A stretch of DNA of 64,000 nucleotides from an uncultured Verrucomicrobiae bacterium (GCA_963769025.1 CAVYKI010000006.1:160001-224000); one strand, 5' to 3'; counted from the stretch's first letter, positions 8,521 through 18,543 are shown. Notes: a model not told the origin generated them from the sequence alone. Program-made: numbers and translations.

Positions 8521-9554
8521 CACCGCTGGTAGAGCGGGATGTAGTGCCACGGCATCGCGAGGATCGTCGTGTAGCACGCGGTCGCGTAGATGTTCCCGAC
8601 TTCGCGATCGTCCCAGGAGCATTGGTCGCCGCTTCGGCGCACCTTTGGGAGCAGTTCGCCCTTCATCAGATCGTACCAGCGCCGCCAAGTGTCGCCGCCA
8701 ATCATGTATTGCGCCGGGCCTGCGTAATTCGCGCCGTAGGTCCAGTGCCTGCGCTCGGTGCTGCGGGTGAAAAGGTAGTCGCTGCCGGGCTTCACGAGCG
8801 GGTCCTCGTAGTGGCCGCAGACCTGCAGCGAGTAGATCGCCGCCGCCGTCCGCGCAAAGCCCGCGCCCCATTGCCCGGCCTGATACGCAAAGCCGCCGCC
8901 GGGCACCGAGCAGCGTCGCACGTAATCCACCGCGTCATCGATCGTCTGCTGCGGAACGTCGAGGCCGGCATTTTTCGCCGCGCGCAACGCGACGACCTGC
9001 AGCACCGTGACCGAGATGTCCGCGTCGCCGGGGCGTGGCTGGTAGCGCCAGCCGCCCTTCGTGCGGTCGCGGTCGCTCTGCGTCGTGACGATGAGGCGGA
9101 TGGCCCGCTGCAGCTTCTCGCGGATGATCGGGTTCCGCGACTGCCCGTACAGCTCGCCGAGCGCGATGGTGGCGATGCCGTGGTTGTACATGTATTTCGA
9201 GCCATCGACGCCGCGGTAGGTGCCGTCCGCGCCGATGCTGTCGAGCAGGAATTCCAGCCCTGCCTTCACCTGCTTCGCGTACTCGCCTTCCTCCGGCAGA
9301 TTCCCCGTCGCCATGAAGGCCATCAGCACATAGCCCGTCATCGCAACGGGATGGTCCGCGCGCCGGTTGTCGCTCGCGTTCCAGGAACCGTTCACGTTCT
9401 GCTTGGTCGCCAGCCAGCGGAGCGCGCCGCGCAGGATTTCCTCCGTCGGCGCATCCACGACGACCGCGTCCTGCGTCGCGGGCTCCGCCGCGCGCGCGGG
9501 AAAAAGCGCGAGCGCGCCGAGCACGGCGGTCGCACACAATTTGCGGAGGGACAT
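8520..9554 (-). CDS. Exported prenyltransferase/squalene oxidase repeat protein
   Basis: Signal peptide, LRWLATKQNVNGSW, MYNHGIATIALGELYG, GGWRYQP...DISVT..QVVALRAA, GGFAY, and C-terminal YIPLYQR. Confidence 0.85.
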   Translation of the reverse strand: MSLRKLCATAVLGALALFPARAAEPATQDAVVVDAPTEEILRGALRWLATKQNVNGSWNASDNRRADHPVAMTGYVLMAFMATGNLPEEGEYAKQVKAGLEFLLDSIGADGTYRGVDGSKYMYNHGIATIALGELYGQSRNPIIREKLQRAIRLIVTTQSDRDRTKGGWRYQPRPGDADISVTVLQVVALRAAKNAGLDVPQQTIDDAVDYVRRCSVPGGGFAYQAGQWGAGFARTAAAIYSLQVCGHYEDPLVKPGSDYLFTRSTERRHWTYGANYAGPAQYMIGGDTWRRWYDLMKGELLPKVRRSGDQCSWDDREVGNIYATACYTTILAMPWHYIPLYQR

Positions 9555-9653
9555 GCGGGCACGCTACACGCCACCGGCGCATCGGCCAGTCTCAAGTCCC
9601 GCCGGTGAACGCACGCTTGGCCGCGCGCCGCTTTGCGCTTATCGGTTCGCGCC

Positions 9654-11042
9654 ATGATTTCCTTCCTCCAGCGCACGCTCGCCGTTTTGTCCTGCTGCAC
9701 GCTCGCCGTCAGTGCCGCCGACTGGCCGGAATTTCTCGGGCCGAAGCGCGACGGGACCTCGCCGGAGACCGGGCTGCTCGATCGCTTTCCCGAGGGCGGT
9801 CCGCGCGTCGTCTGGCAAAAGGACACCGGCACAGGCTACGCGGTGCCGAGCGTGCGCGATGGCGTGCTCGTGCTGCACCACCGCACCGGCGGCGAGGAGA
9901 TCGTGGAGGCGATGGACGCCGCGACGGGTGCAGCGCTCTGGCGTCACAGCTATCCCAGCTCTTACCAGGATCCGTTCGGCTATAACAACGGCCCGCGTTG
10001 CGCGCCGCTGCTCACGGCAGACCGGTGCTACACGCTCGGCGCGGAAGGCGTGCTCAAGTGCCTCGATCTCAAGTCGGGCAAGCAGATCTGGCTGCGGGTG
10101 ACGCAGAATGATTTCGACCTGCCGCAGGCGTTCTTTGGCGTCGGCAGCTCGCCCGTTCTGGAGGATGGAAAACTGATCGTGCAGATTGGCGGGCAGCCGG
10201 ACTCCAACATCGTCGCATTCGACGCCGCGACCGGAAAGACCCTCTGGCAGAATGGCGGCGCGAAGACGTGGGATGGCGCGCTCATGCACGGCTGGCCGGG
10301 CGAGCCGTTTGTGCAGTGGAACGTGGGGCACCCCGCCTTTCAAAAAACCGCGAGCTACTGCACGCCGGTGCTCGCGACGATCCACGGACGCCGCCACGTC
10401 CTCACCGTCACGCGGCAGGGGCTCATCTCGCTCGATCCCGCGACCGGCGCGCACAATTTCTCCTTCTGGTTCCGCTCGCCGCGCGAGGAGACGGTGAACG
10501 CGATGACGCCCGTCGTGAAGGGCGACCTCATCCTCATTTCCTCCGCCTACTACCGCTCCGGTTCCGTGCTGCTGCGCGTGAAGCCCGACGGCAAGGGCGT
10601 GGACGAGGTCTGGCGCTCGATTGCTCTCGAAATGCACTGGTCGCAGCCGAGCCTCGTCGCGGGATACCTTTACGCCTTCAGCGGACGCAACGAGCCCGAT
10701 GCCGTTTTCCGCTGCGTGGAATTTGCGACCGGCACGGTGAAATGGGAACGCGACGAGCGCTGGCCGAACGCGAGCCACTCCAAGCTGCGCGCCGGCGAGG
10801 CACCACCGAACGTCTTCGGCCGCGGCTCGACGATTTACGCCGACGGCAAACTGTTCGCCCTCGGCGAAGCGGGCCTGCTCGGCCTTTTCAAACCGACCCC
10901 CGACAAGGTGGAGGAAATCTCCCGCTGGCAGGTCCCGGGCCTCACCTACCCGTGCTGGGGCAATCCCGTCCTCGCCGACCGCCGCCTCTTCCTCCGCAGC
11001 GAAGAGAAGCTCATCTGCCTCGACCTCGCCAAGAAGGAGTGA
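9654..11042 (+). CDS. Exported PQQ-like beta-propeller repeat protein (BamB-like)
   Basis: Signal peptide, DWPEFLGPKRDG, repeated AxDxxTGxxxW blades, and C-terminal PVLADRRLFLR..LICLDL. Confidence 0.87.
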   Translation: MISFLQRTLAVLSCCTLAVSAADWPEFLGPKRDGTSPETGLLDRFPEGGPRVVWQKDTGTGYAVPSVRDGVLVLHHRTGGEEIVEAMDAATGAALWRHSYPSSYQDPFGYNNGPRCAPLLTADRCYTLGAEGVLKCLDLKSGKQIWLRVTQNDFDLPQAFFGVGSSPVLEDGKLIVQIGGQPDSNIVAFDAATGKTLWQNGGAKTWDGALMHGWPGEPFVQWNVGHPAFQKTASYCTPVLATIHGRRHVLTVTRQGLISLDPATGAHNFSFWFRSPREETVNAMTPVVKGDLILISSAYYRSGSVLLRVKPDGKGVDEVWRSIALEMHWSQPSLVAGYLYAFSGRNEPDAVFRCVEFATGTVKWERDERWPNASHSKLRAGEAPPNVFGRGSTIYADGKLFALGEAGLLGLFKPTPDKVEEISRWQVPGLTYPCWGNPVLADRRLFLRSEEKLICLDLAKKE

Positions 11043-11147
11043 GCCTCTGAAAGGCGCGGTGCGTTTGGCAGAACCGTCACTTTTTTCCCATCGCCGCGGA
11101 ACTGCGGACGCGTATCGTGAATGGCAACCTTCACGCAGCACTTTCCC

Positions 11148-12833
11148 ATGAAACGCAATTTCCCGCGCATTGCCGCCATTTCCCTTCTTGTGATGTCCGC
11201 AGTTTTGGCGGCGCGGATGCTCACTGCGCAGACCCGGCAGCCTTCCGGCGCTGTCGCGGCAGTGCAGTCGGTGCCGGTGGCGAAGGTTTTGCCGCCGCCG
11301 CCCCCGCCAACGAAGGAGGAAAGGCACCGCAAGAACACGGACGCATTTTTCGCCGGGCCCGTCGTGCATCTGGAGTTCAAGTTCAAGCCCGAGGAGTGGG
11401 AGAACCTGAAGAAGGACAACCGGCGCTACGCGGAGTGCACGATGATCGAGACCGCGCCGGACGGGACGAAGAAGGAATACAAGGATGTCGCGGTGAAGCT
11501 GAAGGGCGCGGCGGGGAGCTTCCAGGGGCCGGACCAGAAGCCGGGGCTGACCGTGAACCTGGACAAGTACAAGGGCGCGGAGCGGTATCACGGGATGGAG
11601 AAATTCCACCTGAACAACGGCGCGCAGGATGGGAGCCTGCTGAATGAGTTCATCGGCAGCGAGATGTCGCGCGCGGCGAAGGTGCCGGCGTCGCGCTGCA
11701 CGCATGTGGTGGTGAAATGGAACGGGCGCGACACGGGGCTGTATCTTTTCAAGGAGAGCTTCACGAAGGATTTCCTGAGCTACTTCTACGAGAAGACGGA
11801 CGGCTCGCTCTACGATGGGCATTTCATCGCGGAGATCGACGGCGCCCTCGAGAAGCAGCAGGGCGGCGACAAGTCGGACACGCGCGACCTCAAGGAGCTC
11901 GCCGCGGCGTGCAAGGAGGGCGATCCGAAGGTGCGCTGGCAGAGAGTTTCCGAGCGGCTCGATGTGGACGAATACCTGCGGAGCCTCGCGATGGAGACGT
12001 TCCTCGCGCACTGGGACGGATACAATTTCAACCGCAACAACTACCGCGTCTATTTTGATCCGAAGACGGGGAAGGCGAATTTTTTCATCCACGGGATCGA
12101 CCAGATCTACGGCGATGCGAACTGGCCCGTGATGCGCGATCCCGGCTCGCTCGTCGGGCAGGCGGTGTGGAGCAATCCGGAGTGGAAGGCGCAGTACCTG
12201 AAGGTCGCGAAGGAAATCTACGAGAAGGTGCTGAAGCCGGTGGATTGGGAGGCGCGCATCACCGCGCAGGGGCAGAAAATCACGGAAGGCCTCGCGCGGA
12301 CGAATCCGCAGTGGGCGAAGGATTACCAGGGACACATCAATGGCGCGCGCAGCCGTGTGGCGGCGCGGCTGGCGTCGATCGGGAAGCAGTTTGGCGACAT
12401 GCCGAAGCCGATCGAATGGACGAATGACACCCTCAAGCTAGGGCCGAAGCAGTGGAACGCGCAGGGCGGCGGGGCGCTCGACGAGCAGAATGTGGACGGC
12501 AAGCATTGCCTCCACATCCGCGCGGATGGCGCAGCGAGCCCGTCGTGGCGGCGGAACATCGCCCTGCCGCCGGGACGCTATCGTTTCGAGGCGATGGTGA
12601 AGACGGCGGATGTCGCGGCCGGGGGCGACGCGAGCGGTGACGGAGCCGGGCTGCGCATCAGCGGCGGTACGCGGACGGGCGTGAACGGACTCACCGGCAA
12701 CGCCGCGTGGCAGAAGCTCGGTTTTGAGTTTGAGGCCGCTGGCGCGGAGGTGGTCCTGGTGGCCGAGCTGCGTGCGGCAAAGGGAGAGGCGTGGTTCCAG
12801 ACCGAGAGCCTGCAGATCGTGAAGATGAAGTAG
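11148..12833 (+). CDS. Exported CotH kinase family protein with C-terminal beta-sandwich (CBM-like) domain
   Basis: VAVKLKG..GSF, KPGLTVNLDK, FHLNN..QD, GLY, HWDGY..NRNNYRVY and IHGIDQ. The C-terminal domain reads LPPGRYRFEAMVKT...GEAWF. Confidence 0.85.
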   Translation: MKRNFPRIAAISLLVMSAVLAARMLTAQTRQPSGAVAAVQSVPVAKVLPPPPPPTKEERHRKNTDAFFAGPVVHLEFKFKPEEWENLKKDNRRYAECTMIETAPDGTKKEYKDVAVKLKGAAGSFQGPDQKPGLTVNLDKYKGAERYHGMEKFHLNNGAQDGSLLNEFIGSEMSRAAKVPASRCTHVVVKWNGRDTGLYLFKESFTKDFLSYFYEKTDGSLYDGHFIAEIDGALEKQQGGDKSDTRDLKELAAACKEGDPKVRWQRVSERLDVDEYLRSLAMETFLAHWDGYNFNRNNYRVYFDPKTGKANFFIHGIDQIYGDANWPVMRDPGSLVGQAVWSNPEWKAQYLKVAKEIYEKVLKPVDWEARITAQGQKITEGLARTNPQWAKDYQGHINGARSRVAARLASIGKQFGDMPKPIEWTNDTLKLGPKQWNAQGGGALDEQNVDGKHCLHIRADGAASPSWRRNIALPPGRYRFEAMVKTADVAAGGDASGDGAGLRISGGTRTGVNGLTGNAAWQKLGFEFEAAGAEVVLVAELRAAKGEAWFQTESLQIVKMK

Positions 12834-12850
12834 GACTTCTACGGTCCCTC

Positions 12851-13054
12851 ATGAATCCCCGCATCGTCAAATTCGCCCTGCTGTTTGGGTTTTGGCTGCT
12901 CGGCGTCATCCTTGGCGCGGGCTTGGTGGATTTGCTTTGGGCGCGGCGGGACGGCGACAGCATCCGCAGTCTCACCATGAATCTCGGTGTGCTGCTCCTT
13001 GCGACCGTGGTCCTTTTCGCCGTCGCGCTCAGGAAGCCGAAATCCGGCCAGTAA
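12851..13054 (+). CDS. Small two-TM membrane protein
   Basis: 67-aa ORF 17 nt after cotH, with two hydrophobic helices. Confidence 0.55.
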   Translation: MNPRIVKFALLFGFWLLGVILGAGLVDLLWARRDGDSIRSLTMNLGVLLLATVVLFAVALRKPKSGQ

Positions 13055-13074
13055 GTTTCCGGTGCGCGATCGGT

Positions 13075-13162
13075 ATCAAGCGCAGGGAGGCAGAAAAACG
13101 GAACGGAAAGGCAGATTTTGCTTAATCGCCATCCCCCGCGTCTCTGCGTCTCTGCGATTGAA
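13075..13162. repeat. Degenerate inverted-repeat element of CGCAGAGA-repeat type
   Basis: Left arm TCAAGCGCAGGGAGGCAGA. Right arm CGCGTCTCTGCGTCTCTGCGATTGAA, whose reverse complement is TTCAATCGCAGAGACGCAGAGACGCG. Confidence 0.4.
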
Positions 13163-13200
13163 GACCACGCAGGGAAGCGAGGCTGATGCGGAGGCTCTGC

Positions 13201-13235
13201 TTGCGCGGCTGCGCGGGCATGCGCATCGTGGCCGG
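13201..13235 (+). promoter_or_regulatory. Putative sigma70 promoter, leaderless arrangement
   Basis: TTGCGC-17 nt-CATCGT-6 nt-ATG(13236). Confidence 0.4.
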
Positions 13236-16200
13236 ATGTTTCTCCGACCCCTGCTCCTGCTTGCAATTCTTTCGGTGCCCGGCTTCGCCGCGGATGGTGA
13301 TGCCGCGAAAGAGACGCGCTTTTTGAAGAACACGCGGCAGCTCATCTACGAGGGAAAGCGGAGCGGCGAGGGATACTTTCAGCCCGGATGGAAATCGGAT
13401 CATTTTCCAGAGCGAGCGCGAGGAGGGGAATCCATTCTACCAGATCTACTCGCTCGATCTGGAAAGCGGGCGACTCGACGCGCGTTTCGCCGGGGATGGG
13501 AAAGACGACGTGCGCGTTTTTCCAGCCGCGGCACGTCGCGGGTGCTCTTTGCCTCGCACGCACGACGATCCGGAGACGGCGGCGAAGCAGAAGGCGGAGC
13601 TCGATTTCCGCGCGAGCGGGAAGCAGCGGCGCTACTCGTGGGATTACGACGCGACGATGGAGATCTATTCGTGCAACGCGGACGGCACGGACATCGTGAA
13701 TCTCACGAAGGCGCCGGGCTACGACGCGGAGGGGGCGTTCTCGCCGGACGGGAAGCAGATCGTCTTCTGCTCGCTGCGCTCCGCATTTCCGCTCGGAAAA
13801 GCTCACGCCCGAGCAGCGCGCGCGCTTCGAAAAAGATCCGGCGTACTTGGGCGACATCTACATCATGAATGCCGACGGCTCGAACGTGCGCCGGCTCACG
13901 GAGGCGCCGGGCTACGATGGCGGGCCGTTTTTTTCGCCGGACGGGAAGCGGATCGTGTGGCGGCACTTCGATGAGAGCGGGATGATCGCGGACGTGTGGA
14001 CGATGAAGATGGACGGCAGCGACAAGCGGCGCATCACGGACTTCAAGAGCATGTCGTGGGCACCGTATTTTCACCCGAGCGGGAAGTATATCATCTTCAC
14101 GACGAACAAGCTCGGCTTCGAAAACTTCGAGCTGTTCATCGTCGATGCGGAGGGCGCGCGCGAGCCGGTGCGCGTGACGTTCACGCCGGGCTTCGACGGG
14201 CTGCCGGTCTTTTCGCCGGATGGGAAAAAGCTGTGCTGGACGAGCGGTCGGACGGGCGACGGGAAGTCGCAGCTCTTTCTTGCGGACTGGAACGACGCGG
14301 CGGCGCTGAAGGCGCTGGCGGAAGCTCCCGTGCGCGTGGCCTCGGTGGAGGAGCGGGTGCAGGCGCTCGAAGCATCCGTGAATTCCGTGGCGGCAACGCC
14401 GCCAGCGGCGACTCCGCTCGGCGGGGTGGTGGTTCATCCGCCGGCGGGATCGTTCACGCCGCCGAGTGTCGGTCCCATTCCGCTGAAGCCGGAAATTTCC
14501 GCCGACGACATGAAGCTGGAGGTCGGCCTCCTCGCCGACGAGCGGCACGCGGGCCGTGCGACGGGGAGCGACGGGCGCGAAGCTCGCCGCGGAGTGGTTG
14601 GCGCGATTATTTCAAAACGGCCGGTGCTGAAGCCGCTGCCTGGGCAGCAGTCGTTTTTCCTGCCGTTCGAGTTCAACGCGGGCGAGCGGCTCGTGCCGGA
14701 CAGGAATGCGCTGGCGGTGAACGGGACCGGGCTCGCGCTTGGACAAGGATTTCCGCCCGCTCGCCTTCAGCGACAACGGCGAGGCGGAGGGCGAGGTGGT
14801 CTTTGCCGGCTACGGCCTGAGCGTGCCGGAGGGCACGGGGCAGCAGCGCTACAACAGCTACGACGGGCTCGATGTGAAGGACAAGGTCGTGCTGCTCCTC
14901 CGCTACGTGCCGGAGGACGTGGAGCCCGCGCGCCGCGCGCAGCTCAATCGCTACGCGCGGCCTGCGCTACAAGGCGATGATGGCGCGCGAGCGCGGCGCA
15001 AAGGCGGTGCTCGTGGTGACGCGGGCCGAACTCGCCGAATGCCGGCGAACTTCTCCCGCTGACCGGCGACGGAAGCAGCGCGGGCAGCGGGCATCATCGC
15101 GGCGTCCATCAGCGGCGAGTCGCGGACGCGCTTGCTCGCGCCGAGCGGGAAAAATCTGAAGGATCTGCAGAACGGCGCTCGACACCGAAAATCCGCATGC
15201 GGAAGGCGGATTCGTGCTGCCGAAGGTGAAGGTGAAAATCGCCGTCGGCATCGAGCACATCAAGCAAGACGGATCGCAACGTCGTCGCGCTGCATGCCGC
15301 CGGCGGCGACGGACGAATACGATCGTCGTCGGCGCGCACTACGATCACCTCGGGCTCGGCAGCGGCAACTCTTCGCTGGCGCGCGCCGGCGAGGAGGAAA
15401 AGATCCATCCCGGCGCGGATGACAACGCCAGCGGCACCGCGGCCGTGATGGAACTCGCGGCGTCGCTTGCGCGCGGAGCGCGCGCGAGCCGGAAGCTCAA
15501 GCGCGGCATCATCTTCGCGCTCTGGAGCGGCGAGGAAATCGGGCTCATCGGCTCGCGCGGCCTTCGCCGAGAAGCCGCCGGTGCCGATCTCGAGAAGATC
15601 GTCGGCCTACATCAACTTCGACATGGTCGGCCGGCTGCGGGACAACAAGCTCACGCTGCAAGGCGTCGGCTCGTCGAAGGCTCTGGCGGCGGCTGCTCGA
15701 GAAGCGCAACGTCGCCGCGGGCTTCAACCTCGCGCTGCAGGAGGACCCGTATCTGCCGACCGACATCACGAGCTTCTATCCGAAGCGCATCCCGGTGCTG
15801 AATTTCTTCACCGGCGTCGCACGAGGATTACCACCGCCCGACGGACACCGCGGACAAGGTGAACTACGACGGCCTCGAGCGCATCGCGAAGTTCGCGCAG
15901 CGCCATCATCCGCGATGTCGCCAGCGCGCCGGAGCGGCCGGACTTTTCGCGCGTCGAGCGCAAGCGAGCAGGGCGGCGGGTCGCGCGACACGCTGCGCGC
16001 GTATCTCGGCACGCATCCCCGATTACACCACCGAGGTGAAAGGCGTGAAGCTCAGCGGCGTGCGCGGCGGCAGCCCGGCGGAGAAAGGCGGGCTGCAAGG
16101 CGGCGACGTGATCGTGGAATTTGGCGGCGCAGAAAATCGCGAACATCTACGACTACACCTACGCGCTCGACGCCGTGAAAATCGGCCAGCCCGGTGAAGG

Positions 16201-16262
16201 TGATCGTCGAGCGCGAAGGCAAGCGCGTCGAGCTGAGCGTGACGCCCGAGGCGCGGAAATAG
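13236..16262 (+). CDS. M28 family aminopeptidase with N-terminal TolB-like PD40 repeats, PA domain and C-terminal PDZ domain (many frameshifts, probably sequencing errors)
   Basis: Fragments in successive frames: FSPDGK repeats, GEVVFAGYG...YDGLDVKDKVV (PA), VGAHYDHLG, GADDNASG, WSGEEIGL, NFDMVGRL, DYH.PTD, and GSPAEKGGLQGGDVIV (PDZ). Confidence 0.85.
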
Positions 16263-16479
16263 GCATCCGCGGCGGGTCTGGCCGCCTGTTTGTGTCGGTC
16301 GTGCGTGGCGCAGGTGAAAGCTGACGGCCGCGCCTACCGAGCCAGCACCCGCCATTGGCGGAGAATCCAGTTTTTCATCCGCGCGGCTGCTCGGGCTGGA
16401 AGGCTGATTTTATCAGCGTCCGGTGCGCGCGGGGCCCCCGGATGCCGCCACATGTTGGCGGCATGGAGGAAAAGGGCAG

Positions 16480-16509
16480 TTGACCCGCTTTCCGCGCAAC
16501 CCGTAACAT
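16480..16509 (+). promoter_or_regulatory. Putative sigma70 promoter of accBC
   Basis: TTGACC (16480-16485)-18 nt-TAACAT (16504-16509). Confidence 0.5.
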
Positions 16510-16537
16510 CCGCGCCCTACAACAACACCCTCACACC

Positions 16538-17002
16538 TTGGACTTAAAAGAAATCAAAGAGCTCATTGCGCTCATGAGGAAAAATGACCTCTCCGTCTTC
16601 AAAATGGAGAGCGAAGGATTCAAAATCACCCTGAAAAAGGGGAACGATTACCAGCCCGTCGTCCACACTTCGCACGCCGCCCCGCAGGTGGGCTATTCCG
16701 CCCCGGCGGCTGCGCCTGCCGCTCCGGCCCCGGCCGCAGCTCCCGCTGCGGCAGCGGATAAGCTGAAAGACATCAGCTCCCCGATGGTCGGCACTTACTA
16801 CGGGTCGCCGTCGCCGGATGCGCAGCCATACGTGAAAATCGGCCAGGAGGTGGACGAAAGCACCGTCGTCTGCATCATCGAGGCGATGAAAGTGATGAAC
16901 GAAATCCGGGCGGACGCGCGCGGCACCATCGTCGAGATCGTCGCGGAGAACGGCAAGCCCGTCCAGTTTGGCCAGGCACTTTTCCGCATCCAGCCGAAGT
17001 AA
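16538..17002 (+). CDS. accB: Acetyl-CoA carboxylase biotin carboxyl carrier protein
   Basis: TTG start, MDLKEIKELI, Ala/Pro linker, SPMVGT and biotinylation motif EAMKVMN. Confidence 0.96.
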   Translation: MDLKEIKELIALMRKNDLSVFKMESEGFKITLKKGNDYQPVVHTSHAAPQVGYSAPAAAPAAPAPAAAPAAAADKLKDISSPMVGTYYGSPSPDAQPYVKIGQEVDESTVVCIIEAMKVMNEIRADARGTIVEIVAENGKPVQFGQALFRIQPK

Positions 17003-17100
17003 GGCACAGCAGTTGAGAGCGCGCCGCTGAGTGTCTGGAGGACCTCCTCCCTGACCGCAGCGTCCGAAAATCTCTCAGCCCTCAAGCTTCAACTCCCATC

Positions 17101-18470
17101 ATGTTCAAGAAAGTCCTCATCGCGAACCGCGGCGAAATCGCCCTGCGCGTCATCCGCGCCTGCAAGGAGCAGGGCATCAAGACCCTCGCCGTTTATTCCG
17201 AGGCCGACGTGGATTCGCTCCACGTGCAGCTCGCCGACGAGGCCATCTGCATCGGCCCCGGCCCGAGCAACCAGAGCTATCTGAAGATCGACCGCATCAT
17301 CAGCGCCGCGGAGGTCGGCGATGCGGATGCGATTCATCCCGGCTACGGCTTCCTGAGCGAAAACGCGCACTTCGCGGAGGTCTGCGCGAGCTGCAACATC
17401 AAGTTCATCGGGCCGCCGCCCGTCTGCCATCCGCTCGATGGGCGACAAGAACACCGCCCGCGACACCGCGCGGCGCGCCGGGATGCCCGTCACGCCCGGC
17501 AGCGACGGCATCGTCGAGAGCGAAAAGGACGCGATGGTGATTGCCCGCAAGCTCGGCTACCCGGTCATGATCAAGGCCACTGCCGGCGGCGGCGGCAAAG
17601 GCATGCGCCCCGCGCACAACGACGGCTCGCTCGTCCAGGGCTTCCGCGCCGCGCGCGCCGAGGCGGAAAAGGCGTTCGGCAACGGCGCCGTGTACATCGA
17701 GAAGCTCATCGAGAACCCGCACCACATCGAATTTCAGATCATGGCCGACATGCACGGCGACGTGGTCCACGTCGGCGAGCGCGATTGCTCCATGCAGCGG
17801 CGCAACCAGAAGATCATCGAGGAAACGCCGTCGCCGATCATGACGGACGCGATCCGCGAACGCATGGGCGCGGATTGCGTGAAGCTCGCCCGCGAGGTCG
17901 GCTACGTCGGCGCAGGCACCATCGAGTGCCTCATGGACAACAAGGGGAACTACTACTTCATGGAGATGAACACGCGCATCCAGGTGGAGCACTGCATCAC
18001 CGAGGAGGCCTACGGCGTGGATCTCGTGAAGGAGCAGATCAAGATCGCCGCAGGCGAGCCGCTCTCGCATTTCGTGCAGCACGCGAAGCGGAAGTACCAC
18101 GCCATCGAGTGCCGCGTGAATGCCGAGGATCCCTATCAACAATTTCCAGCCCTCGCCGGGCCGCATCGACCTCTATTACGCGCCGGGCGGACGCGGCGTG
18201 CGCATCGACAGCCACGCCTACGCGGGCTACACGGTGCCGCCGTATTACGACTCGATGATCGCGAAGGTCATCGCCATGGGCACCACGCGCGACAACGCCA
18301 TCGCCCGCATGCGCCGCGCGCTCAGCGAATACATCATCCGCGGCGTGAAGACGACGATCCCTTTCCAGCAGACGATCATGCACGACCCGGATTTCGTCCG
18401 TGGAAAATACGACACGAGCTTCGTCGGCAAGATGATCGAGGCGCGCAGCGGGGAGTTCCGGAAGCAATAG
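17101..18470 (+). CDS. accC: Acetyl-CoA carboxylase biotin carboxylase subunit (frameshifts near 17420 and 18135)
   Basis: [52 protein letters not shown] and YYDSMIAK. Confidence 0.95.
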
Positions 18471-18484
18471 GCGCCGGCTTCGGC

Positions 18485-18543
18485 TGCGGCGCGGGCAATC
18501 CTGCCCGCGGAGGCTGGCGCGCGGACAGGATTGCGCGCGTTAC
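18485..18543. repeat. REP-like dyad between convergent accC and glcF
   Basis: GCGGCGCGGGCAATCCTGCCCGCG, with an inverted copy GTAACGCGCGCAATCCTGTCCGCG on the - strand. Confidence 0.55.

Noticed and set aside
5456..9554. Squalene-hopene cyclase / hopanoid cluster
   Set aside because: The proteins are half-length, carry signal peptides and lack an intact DxDD, and no hpn genes are nearby.
9639..12335. 898-aa minus-strand ORF (likewise 46891-49164+ and other long shadow ORFs)
   Set aside because: Antisense shadows of well-supported genes, with no recognisable motifs.
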